A stretch of DNA of 64,000 nucleotides from Tubulanus polymorphus (Eukaryota; Animalia; Nemertea): NCBI RefSeq assembly GCF_964204645.1, contig NW_027437433.1:62001-126000 (forward strand). Direction: 5' to 3'. Positions 50,501 to 62,280 of this stretch are shown piece after piece; within the stretch, counting starts at the first letter, position 1; each line of letters opens with the position of its first letter. The notes below the pieces were generated by a model. The model did no database searches. It was not told where the DNA came from and saw only the letters and a list, made by a program, of their open reading frames with translations. The position numbers and the translations under genes were made by a program.

Positions 50501-53500
50501 GGGTTGAAAGATACAGATTTTTCTAGCTAAATATGGTTCTAAAGATGATGAATTCTATCTTAATTGATGGGTTTGGGTGTATTGAACTGATATCAAATAG
50601 ATAGGTGGAAAGAATAAGAATTTTCTGGCTGCTTTTGGTTCTGAAGATGATGGATTCAATCTGAAAAGATGAGTAAAGGCGTATTGAACTGATTTCAAAT
50701 AGATAGGTGGAAAGAAACAGAATTTTCTGGCTGCTTTTGGTTCTAAAGATGATGGATTCAATCTGAAAAGATGGGTTAAGGCTTATTGAACTGATTTCAA
50801 ATAGATAGGTGGAAAGAATCAGAATTTTCTGGCTGCATTTGGTTCTGAAGATGATAGACTCGATCCGAAATGATAGGTTAAGGTAAACTGAACTTATTTC
50901 GAGTAGATGGGTTGAAAGATACAGATTTTTCTAGCTAAATATGGTTCTAAAGATGATGAATTATAACTTAATTGATGGGTTTGGGTGTATTGAACTGATA
51001 TCAAATAGATAGGTGGAAAGAAACCGAATTTTCTGGCTGCTTTTGGTTCTGAAGATGATGGATTCAATCTGAAAAGATGAGTAAAGGCGTATTGAACTGA
51101 TTTCAAATAGATAGGTGGAAAGAAACAGAATTTTCTGGCTGCTTTTGGTTCTAAAGATGATGGATTCAATCTGAAAAGATGAGTAAAGGCGTATTGAACT
51201 GATTTAAAATAGATAGGTGGAAAGAATCAGAATTTTCTGGCTGCATTTGGTTCTGAAGATGATAGACTCGATCCGAAATGATAGGTTAAGGTAAACTGAA
51301 CTTATTTCGAGTAGATGGGTTGAAAGATACAGATTTTTCTAGCTAAATATGGTTCTAAAGATGATGAATTCTATCTTAATTGATGGGTTTGGGTGTATTG
51401 AACTGATATCAAATAGATAGGTGGAAAGAATAAGAATTTTCTGGCTGCTTTTGGTTCTGAAGATGATGGATTCAATCTGAAAAGATGAGTAAAGGCGTAT
51501 TGAACTGATTTCAAATAGATAGGTGGAAAGAAACAGAATTTTCTGGCTGCTTTTGGTTCTAAAGATGATGGATTCAATCTGAAAAGATGGGTTAAGGCTT
51601 ATTGAACTGATTTCAAATAGATAGGTGGAAAGAAACAGAATTTTCTGGCTGCTTTTGGTTCTAAAGATGATGGATTCAATCTGAAAAGATGGGTTAAGGC
51701 TTATTGAACTGATTTAAAATAGATAGGTGGAAAGAATCAGAATTTTCTGGCTGCTTTTGGTTCTGAAGATGATGGATTCAATCTGAAAAGATGGGTTAAG
51801 GCGTATTGAACTGATTTCAAATAGATAGGTGGAAAGAAACCGAATTTTCTTGCTGCTTTTGTTTCTAAAGATGATGGATCAATGTGAAAAGATGGGTTAA
51901 GGCGTATTGAACTGATTTCAAATAGATAGGTGGAAAGAAACAGAATTTTCTGGCTGCTTTTGGTTCTAAAGATGATGGATTCAATCTGAAAAGATGGGTT
52001 AAGGCTTATTGAACTGATTTAAAATAGATAGGTGGAAAGAATCAGAATTTTCTGGCTGCATTTGGTTCTGAAGATGATAGACTCGATCCGAAATGATAGG
52101 TTAAGGTAAACTGAACTTATTTCGAGTAGATGGGTTGAAAGATACAGATTTTTCTAGCTAAATATGGTTCTAAAGATGATGAATTATAACTCAATTGATG
52201 GGTTTGGGAGTATTGAACTGATATCAAATAGATAGGTGGAAAGAATAAGAATTTTCTGGCTGCTTTTGGTTCTGAAGATGATGGATTCAATCTGAAAAGA
52301 TGAGTAAAGGCGTATTGAACTGATTTCAAATAGATAGGTGGAAAGAAACAGAATTTTCTGGCTGCTTTTGGTTCTAAAGATGATGGATTCAATCTGAAAA
52401 GATGGGTTAAGGCTTATTGAACTGATTTCAAATAGATAGGTGGAAAGAATCAGAATTTTCTGGCTGCATTTGGTTCTGAAGATGATAGACTCGATCCGAA
52501 ATGATAGGTTAAGGTAAACTGAACTTATTTCGAGTAGATGGGTTGAAAGATACAGATTTTTCTAGCTAAATATGGTTCTAAAGATGATGAATTCTATCTT
52601 AATTGATGGGTTTGGGTGTATTGAACTGATATCAAATAGATAGGTGGAAAGAATAAGAATTTTCTGGCTGCTTTTGGTTCTGAAGATGATGGATTCAATC
52701 TGAAAAGATGAGTAAAGGCGTATTGAACTGATTTCAAATAGATAGGTGGAAAGAAACAGAATTTTCTGGCTGCTTTTAGTTCTAAAGATGATGGATTCAA
52801 TCTGAAAAGATGGGTTAAGGCTTATTGAACTGATTTCAAATAGATAGGTGGAAAGAATCAGAATTTTCTGGCTGCATTTGGTTCTGAAGATGATAGACTC
52901 GATCCGAAATGATAGGTTAAGGTAAACTGAACTTATTTCGAGTAGATGGGTTGAAAGATACAGATTTTTCTAGCTAAATATGGTTCTAAAGATGATGAAT
53001 TATAACTTAATTGATGGGTTTGGGTGTATTGAACTGATATCAAATAGATAGGTGGAAAGAATAAGAATTTTCTGGCTGCTTTTGGTTCTGAAGATGATGG
53101 ATTCAATCTGAAAAGATGAGTAAAGGCGTATTGAACTGATTTCAAATAGATAGGTGGAAAGAAACAGAATTTTCTGGCTGCTTTTGGTTCTAAAGATGAT
53201 GGATTCAATCTGAAAAGATGAGTAAAGGCGTATTGAACTGATTTAAAATAGATAGGTGGAAAGAATCAGAATTTTCTGGCTGCATTTGGTTCTGAAGATG
53301 ATAGACTCGATCCGAAATGATAGGTTAAGGTAAACTGAACTTATTTCGAGTAGATGGGGTGAAAGATACAGATTTTTCTAGCTAAATATGGTTCTAAAGA
53401 TGATGAATTCTATCTTAATTGATGGGTTTGGGTGTATTGAACTGATATCAAATAGATAGGTGGAAAGAATAAGAATTTTCTGGCTGCTTTTGGTTCTGAA

Positions 53501-54800
53501 GATGATGGATTCAATCTGAAAAGATGAGTAAAGGCGTATTGAACTGATTTCAAATAGATAGGTGGAAAGAAACAGAATTTTCTGGCTGCTTTTGGTTCTA
53601 AAGATGATGGATTCAATCTGAAAAGATGGGTTAAGGCTTATTGAACTGATTTCAAATAGATAGGTGGAAAGAAACAGAATTTTCTGGCTGCTTTTGGTTC
53701 TAAAGATGATGGATTCAATCTGAAAAGATGGGTTAAGGCTTATTGAACTGATTTAAAATAGATAGGTGGAAAGAATCAGAATTTTCTGGCTGCTTTTGGT
53801 TCTGAAGATGATGGATTCAATCTGAAAAGATGGGTTAAGGCGTATTGAACTGATTTCAAATAGATAGGTGGAAAGAAACCGAATTTTCTTGCTGCTTTTG
53901 TTTCTAAAGATGATGGATCAATGTGAAAAGATGGGTTAAGGCGTATTGAACTGATTTCAAATAGATAGGTGGAAAGAAACAGAATTTTCTGGCTGCTTTT
54001 GGTTCTAAAGATGATGGATTCAATCTGAAAAGATGGGTTAAGGCTTATTGAACTGATTTCAAATAGAAAGGTGGAAAGAATCAGAATTTTCTGGCTGCAT
54101 TTGGTCCTGAAGATGATAGACTCGATCCGAAATGATAGGTTAAGGTAAACTGAACTTATTTCGAGTAGATGGGTTGAAAGATACAGATTTTTCTAGCTAA
54201 ATATGGTTCTAAAGATGATGAATTATAACTCAATGGATGGGTTTGGGTGTATTGAACTGATATCAAATAGATAGGTGGAAAGAATAAGAATTTTCTGGCT
54301 GCTTTTGGTTCTGAAGATGATGGATTCAATCTGAAAAGATGAGTAAAGGCGTATTGAACTGATTTCAAATAGATAGGTGGAAAGAAACAGAATTTTCTGG
54401 CTGCTTTTGGTTCTAAAGATGATGGATTCAATCTGAAAAGATGGGTTAAGGCTTATTGAACTGATTTCAAATAGATAGGTGGAAAGAATCAGAATTTTCT
54501 GGCTGCATTTGGTTCTGAAGATGATAGACTCGATCCGAAATGATAGGTTAAGGTAAACTGAACTTATTTCGAGTAGATGGGTTGAAAGATACAGATTTTT
54601 CTAGCTAAATATGGTTCTAAAGATGATGAATTATAACTTAATTGATGGGTTTGGGTGTATTGAACTAATATCAAATAGATAGGTGGAAAGAATAAGAATT
54701 TTCTGGCTGCTTTTGGTTCTGAAGATGATGGATTCAATCTGAAAAGATGAGTAAAGGCGTATTGAACTGATTTCAAATAGATAGGTGGAAAGAAACAGAA
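41597..54800 (+). repeat. Tandem block duplication, period 7645 bp (75 monomers)
   Basis: Anchors 41687/49332, 42433/50078, 43249/50894, 44949/52594, 46511/54156 and 46919/54564 carry matching rare alleles. Confidence 0.85.
42412..46489 (+). repeat. Two tandem copies of the 20-mer super-HOR, 2039 bp (3x408+815)
   Basis: C starts at 42412, 44451 and 46490. The same period is seen at 8260-10299, 12032-14071, 16517-18556, 21002-23041, 37416-39455, 50057-52096-54135 and 60353-62392. Confidence 0.88.
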
Positions 54801-57080
54801 TTTTCTGGCTGCTTTTGGTTCTAAAGATGATGGATTCAATCTGAAAAGATGAGTAAAGGCGTATTGAACTGATTTAAAATATATAGGTGGAAAGAATCAG
54901 AATTTTCTGGCTGCATTTGGTTCTGAAGATGATAGACTCGATCCGAAATGATAGGTTAAGGTAAACTGAACTTATTTCGAGTAGATGGGTTGAAAGATAC
55001 AGATTTTTCTAGCTAAATATGGTTCTAAAGATGATGAATTCTATCTTAATTGATGGGTTTGGGTGTATTGAACTGATATCAAATAGATAGGTGGAAAGAA
55101 TAAGAATTTTCTGGCTGCTTTTGGTTCTGAAGATGATGGATTCAATCTGAAAAGATGAGTAAAGGCGTATTGAACTGATTTCAAATAGATAGGTGGAAAG
55201 AAACAGAATTTTCTGGCTGCTTTTGGTTCTAAAGATGATGGATTCAATCTGAAAAGATGGGTTAAGGCTTATTGAACTGATTTCAAATAGATAGGTGGAA
55301 AGAAACAGAATTTTCTGGCTGCTTTTGGTTCTAAAGATGATGGATTCAATCTGAAAAGATGGGTTAAGGCTTATTGAACTGATTTCAAATAGATAGGTGG
55401 AAAGAAACAGAATTTTCTGGCTGCTTTTGGTTCTAAAGATGATGGATTCAATCTGAAAAGATGGGTTAAGGCTTATTGAACTGATTTAAAATAGATAGGT
55501 GGAAAGAATCAGAATTTTCTGGCTGCTTTTGGTTCTGAAGATGATGGATTCAATCTGAAAAGATGGGTTAAGGCGTATTGAACTGATTTCAAATAGATAG
55601 GTGGAAAGAAACCGAATTTTCTTGCTGCTTTTGTTTCTAAAGATGATGGATCAATGTGAAAAGATGGGTTAAGGCGTATTGAACTGATTTCAAATAGATA
55701 GGTGGAAAGAAACAGAATTTTCTGGCTGCTTTTGGTTCTAAAGATGATGGATTCAATCTGAAAAGATGGGTTAAGGCTTATTGAACTGATTTCAAATAGA
55801 AAGGTGGAAAGAATCAGAATTTTCTGGCTGCATTTGGTCCTGAAGATGATAGACTCGATCCGAAATGATAGGTTAAGGTAAACTGAACTTATTTCGAGTA
55901 GATGGGTTGAAAGATACAGATTTTTCTAGCTAAATATGGTTCTAAAGATGATGAATTATAACTCAATGGATGGGTTTGGGTGTATTGAACTGATATCAAA
56001 TAGATAGGTGGAAAGAATAAGAATTTTCTGGCTGCTTTTGGTTCTGAAGATGATGGATTCAATCTGAAAAGATGAGTAAAGGCGTATTGAACTGATTTCA
56101 AATAGATAGGTGGAAAGAAACAGAATTTTCTGGCTGCTTTTGGTTCTAAAGATGATGGATTCAATCTGAAAAGATGGGTTAAGGCTTATTGAACTGATTT
56201 CAAATAGATAGGTGGAAAGAATCAGAATTTTCTGGCTGCATTTGGTTCTGAAGATGATAGACTCGATCCGAAATGATAGGTTAAGGTAAACTGAACTTAT
56301 TTCGAGTAGATGGGTTGAAAGATACAGATTTTTCTAGCTAAATATGGTTCTAAAGATGATGAATTATAACTTAATTGATGGGTTTGGGTGTATTGAACTA
56401 ATATCAAATAGATAGGTGGAAAGAATAAGAATTTTCTGGCTGCTTTTGGTTCTGAAGATGATGGATTCAATCTGAAAAGATGAGTAAAGGCGTATTGAAC
56501 TGATTTCAAATAGATAGGTGGAAAGAAACAGAATTTTCTGGCTGCTTTTGGTTCTAAAGATGATGGATTCAATCTGAAAAGATGAGTAAAGGCGTATTGA
56601 ACTGATTTAAAATATATAGGTGGAAAGAATCAGAATTTTCTGGCTGCATTTGGTTCTGAAGATGATAGACTCGATCCGAAATGATAGGTTAAGGTAAACT
56701 GAACTTATTTCGAGTAGATGGGTTGAAAGATACAGATTTTTCTAGCTAAATATGGTTCTAAAGATGATGAATTCTATCTTAATTGATGGGTTTGGGTGTA
56801 TTGAACTGATATCAAATAGATAGGTGGAAAGAATAAGAATTTTCTGGCTGCTTTTGGTTCTGAAGATGATGGATTCAATCTGAAAAGATGAGTAAAGGCG
56901 TATTGAACTGATTTCAAATAGATAGGTGGAAAGAAACAGAATTTTCTGGCTGCTTTTGGTTCTAAAGATGATGGATTCAATCTGAAAAGATGGGTTAAGG
57001 CTTATTGAACTGATTTCAAATAGATAGGTGGAAAGAAACAGAATTTTCTGGCTGCTTTTGGTTCTAAAGATGATGGATTC
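54135..57080 (+). repeat. Tandem block duplication, period 1733 bp (17 monomers)
   Basis: Anchors 54156/55889 (CAATGGATG allele), 54564/56297 (AACTAATATC allele) and 55041/56774. Confidence 0.85.
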
Positions 57081-60000
57081 AATCTGAAAAGATGGGTTAA
57101 GGCTTATTGAACTGATTTCAAATAGATAGGTGGAAAGAATCAGAATTTTCTGGCTGCATTTGGTTCTGAAGATGATAGACTCGATCCGAAATGATAGGTT
57201 AAGGTAAACTGAACTTATTTCGAGTAGATGGGTTGAAAGATACAGATTTTTCTAGCTAAATATGGTTCTAAAGATGATGAATTCTATCTTAATTGATGGG
57301 TTTGGGTGTATTGAACTGATATCAAATAGATAGGTGGAAAGAATAAGAATTTTCTGGCTGCTTTTGGTTCTGAAGATGATGGATTCAATCTGAAAAGATG
57401 AGTAAAGGCGTATTGAACTGATTTCAAATAGATAGGTGGAAAGAAACCGAATTTTCTGGCTGCTTTTGTTTCTAAAGTTGATGGATCAATGTGAAAAGAT
57501 GGGTTAAGGCGTATTGAACTGATTTCAAATAGATAGGTGGAAAGAAACAGAATTTTCTGGCTGCTTTTGGTTCTAAAGATGATGGATTCAATCTGAAAAG
57601 ATGGGTTAAGGCTTATTGAACTGATTTCAAATAGAAAGGTGGAAAGAATCAGAATTTTCTGGCTGCATTTGGTCCTGAAGATGATAGACTCGATCCGAAA
57701 TGATAGGTTAAGGTAAACTGAACTTATTTCGAGTAGATGGGTTGAAAGATACAGATTTTTCTAGCTAAATATGGTTCTAAAGATGATGAATTATAACTCA
57801 ATTGATGGGTTTGGGTGTATTGAACTGATATCAAATAGATAGGTGGAAAGAATAAGAATTTTCTGGCTGCTTTTGGTTCTGAAGATGATGGATTCAATCT
57901 GAAACGATGAGTAAAGGCGTATTGAACTGATTTCAAATAGATAGGTGGAAAGAAACAGAATTTTCTGGCTGCTTTTGGTTCTAAAGATGATGGATTCAAT
58001 CTGAAAAGATGGGTTAAGGCTTATTGAACTGATTTCAAATAGATAGGTGGAAAGAATCAGAATTTTCTGGCTGCATTTGGTTCTGAAGATGATATACTCG
58101 ATCCGAAATGATAGGTTAAGGTAAACTGAACTTATTTCGAGTAGATGGGTTGAAAGATACAGATTTTTCTAGCTAAATATGGTTCTAAAGATGATGAATT
58201 CTATCTTAATTGATGGGTTTGGGTGTATTGAACTGATATCAAATAGATAGGTGGAAAGAATAAGAATTTTCTGGCTGCTTTTGGTTCTGAAGATGATGGA
58301 TTCAATCTGAAAAGATGAGTAAAGGCGTATTGAACTGATTTCAAATAGATAGGTGGAAAGAAACAGAATTTTCTGGCTGCTTTTAGTTCTAAAGATGATG
58401 GATTCAATCTGAAAAGATGGGTTAAGGCTTATTGAACTGATTTCAAATAGATAGGTGGAAAGAATCAGAATTTTCTGGCTGCATTTGGTTCTGAAGATGA
58501 TAGACTCGATCCGAAATGATAGGTTAAGGTAAACTGAACTTATTTCGAGTAGATGGGTTGAAAGATACAGATTTTTCTAGCTAAATATGGTTCTAAAGAT
58601 GATGAATTATAACTTAATTGATGGGTTTGGGTGTATTGAACTGATATCAAATAGATAGGTGGAAAGAATAAGAATTTTCTGGCTGCTTTTGGTTCTGAAG
58701 ATGATGGATTCAATCTGAAAAGATGAGTAAAGGCGTATTGAACTGATTTCAAATAGATAGGTGGAAAGAAACAGAATTTTCTGGCTGCTTTTGGTTCTAA
58801 AGATGATGGATTCAATCTGAAAAGATGAGTAAAGGCGTATTGAACTGATTTAAAATAGATAGGTGGAAAGAATCAGAATTTTCTGGCTGCATTTGGTTCT
58901 GAAGATGATAGACTCGATCCGAAATGATAGGTTAAGGTAAACTGAACTTATTTCGAGTAGATGGGGTGAAAGATACAGATTTTTCTAGCTAAATATGGTT
59001 CTAAAGATGATGAATTCTATCTTAATTGATGGGTTTGGGTGTATTGAACTGATATCAAATAGATAGGTGGAAAGAATAAGAATTTTCTGGCTGCTTTTGG
59101 TTCTGAAGATGATGGATTCAATCTGAAAAGATGAGTAAAGGCGTATTGAACTGATTTCAAATAGATAGGTGGAAAGAAACAGAATTTTCTGGCTGCTTTT
59201 GGTTCTAAAGATGATGGATTCAATCTGAAAAGATGGGTTAAGGCTTATTGAACTGATTTCAAATAGATAGGTGGAAAGAAACAGAATTTTCTGGCTGCTT
59301 TTGGTTCTAAAGATGATGGATTCAATCTGAAAAGATGGGTTAAGGCTTATTGAACTGATTTAAAATAGATAGGTGGAAAGAATCAGAATTTTCTGGCTGC
59401 TTTTGGTTCTGAAGATGATGGATTCAATCTGAAAAGATGGGTTAAGGCGTATTGAACTGATTTCAAATAGATAGGTGGAAAGAAACCGAATTTTCTTGCT
59501 GCTTTTGTTTCTAAAGATGATGGATCAATGTGAAAAGATGGGTTAAGGCGTATTGAACTGATTTCAAATAGATAGGTGGAAAGAAACAGAATTTTCTGGC
59601 TGCTTTTGGTTCTAAAGATGATGGATTCAATCTGAAAAGATGGGTTAAGGCTTATTGAACTGATTTCAAATAGATAGGTGGAAAGAAACAGAATTTTCTG
59701 GCTGCTTTTGGTTCTAAAGATGATGGATTCAATCTGAAAAGATGGGTTAAGGCTTATTGAACTGATTTCAAATAGATAGGTGGAAAGAATCAGAATTTTC
59801 TGGCTGCATTTGGTTCTGAAGATGATAGACTCGATCCGAAATGATAGGTTAAGGTAAACTGAACTTATTTCGAGTAGATGGGTTGAAAGATACAGATTTT
59901 TCTAGCTAAATATGGTTCTAAAGATGATGAATTCTATCTTAATTGATGGGTTTGGGTGTATTGAACTGATATCAAATAGATAGGTGGAAAGAATAAGAAT

Positions 60001-62280
60001 TTTCTGGCTGCTTTTGGTTCTGAAGATGATGGATTCAATCTGAAAAGATGAGTAAAGGCGTATTGAACTGATTTCAAATAGATAGGTGGAAAGAAACCGA
60101 ATTTTCTGGCTGCTTTTGTTTCTAAAGTTGATGGATCAATGTGAAAAGATGGGTTAAGGCGTATTGAACTGATTTCAAATAGATAGGTGGAAAGAAACAG
60201 AATTTTCTGGCTGCTTTTGGTTCTAAAGATGATGGATTCAATCTGAAAAGATGGGTTAAGGCTTATTGAACTGATTTCAAATAGAAAGGTGGAAAGAATC
60301 AGAATTTTCTGGCTGCATTTGGTCCTGAAGATGATAGACTCGATCCGAAATGATAGGTTAAGGTAAACTGAACTTATTTCGAGTAGATGGGTTGAAAGAT
60401 ACAGATTTTTCTAGCTAAATATGGTTCTAAAGATGATGAATTATAACTCAATTGATGGGTTTGGGTGTATTGAACTGATATCAAATAGATAGGTGGAAAG
60501 AATAAGAATTTTCTGGCTGCTTTTGGTTCTGAAGATGATGGATTCAATCTGAAACGATGAGTAAAGGCGTATTGAACTGATTTCAAATAGATAGGTGGAA
60601 AGAAACAGAATTTTCTGGCTGCTTTTGGTTCTAAAGATGATGGATTCAATCTGAAAAGATGGGTTAAGGCTTATTGAACTGATTTCAAATAGATAGGTGG
60701 AAAGAATCAGAATTTTCTGGCTGCATTTGGTTCTGAAGATGATATACTCGATCCGAAATGATAGGTTAAGGTAAACTGAACTTATTTCGAGTAGATGGGT
60801 TGAAAGATACAGATTTTTCTAGCTAAATATGGTTCTAAAGATGATGAATTCTATCTTAATTGATGGGTTTGGGTGTATTGAACTGATATCAAATAGATAG
60901 GTGGAAAGAATAAGAATTTTCTGGCTGCTTTTGGTTCTGAAGATGATGGATTCAATCTGAAAAGATGAGTAAAGGCGTATTGAACTGATTTCAAATAGAT
61001 AGGTGGAAAGAAACAGAATTTTCTGGCTGCTTTTAGTTCTAAAGATGATGGATTCAATCTGAAAAGATGGGTTAAGGCTTATTGAACTGATTTCAAATAG
61101 ATAGGTGGAAAGAATCAGAATTTTCTGGCTGCATTTGGTTCTGAAGATGATAGACTCGATCCGAAATGATAGGTTAAGGTAAACTGAACTTATTTCGAGT
61201 AGATGGGTTGAAAGATACAGATTTTTCTAGCTAAATATGGTTCTAAAGATGATGAATTATAACTTAATTGATGGGTTTGGGTGTATTGAACTGATATCAA
61301 ATAGATAGGTGGAAAGAATAAGAATTTTCTGGCTGCTTTTGGTTCTGAAGATGATGGATTCAATCTGAAAAGATGAGTAAAGGCGTATTGAACTGATTTC
61401 AAATAGATAGGTGGAAAGAAACAGAATTTTCTGGCTGCTTTTGGTTCTAAAGATGATGGATTCAATCTGAAAAGATGAGTAAAGGCGTATTGAACTGATT
61501 TAAAATAGATAGGTGGAAAGAATCAGAATTTTCTGGCTGCATTTGGTTCTGAAGATGATAGACTCGATCCGAAATGATAGGTTAAGGTAAACTGAACTTA
61601 TTTCGAGTATATGGGGTGAAAGATACAGATTTTTCTAGCTAAATATGGTTCTAAAGATGATGAATTCTATCTTAATTGATGGGTTTGGGTGTATTGAACT
61701 GATATCAAATAGATAGGTGGAAAGAATAAGAATTTTCTGGCTGCTTTTGGTTCTGAAGATGATGGATTCAATCTGAAAAGATGAGTAAAGGCGTATTGAA
61801 CTGATTTCAAATAGATAGGTGGAAAGAAACAGAATTTTCTGGCTGCTTTTGGTTCTAAAGATGATGGATTCAATCTGAAAAGATGGGTTAAGGCTTATTG
61901 AACTGATTTCAAATAGATAGGTGGAAAGAAACAGAATTTTCTGGCTGCTTTTGGTTCTAAAGATGATGGATTCAATCTGAAAAGATGGGTTAAGGCTTAT
62001 TGAACTGATTTAAAATAGATAGGTGGAAAGAATCAGAATTTTCTGGCTGCTTTTGGTTCTGAAGATGATGGATTCAATCTGAAAAGATGGGTTAAGGCGT
62101 ATTGAACTGATTTCAAATAGATAGGTGGAAAGAAACCGAATTTTCTTGCTGCTTTTGTTTCTAAAGATGATGGATCAATGTGAAAAGATGGGTTAAGGCG
62201 TATTGAACTGATTTCAAATAGATAGGTGGAAAGAAACAGAATTTTCTGGCTGCTTTTGGTTCTAAAGATGATGGATTCAA
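57000..62280 (+). repeat. Tandem block duplication, period 2650 bp (26 monomers)
   Basis: C starts 57194/59844, 57703/60353, 58111/60761, 58519/61169 and 58927/61577 share the GAAACG, GATATACTC, TTTTAGTT and GGGGTG alleles. Confidence 0.86.
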
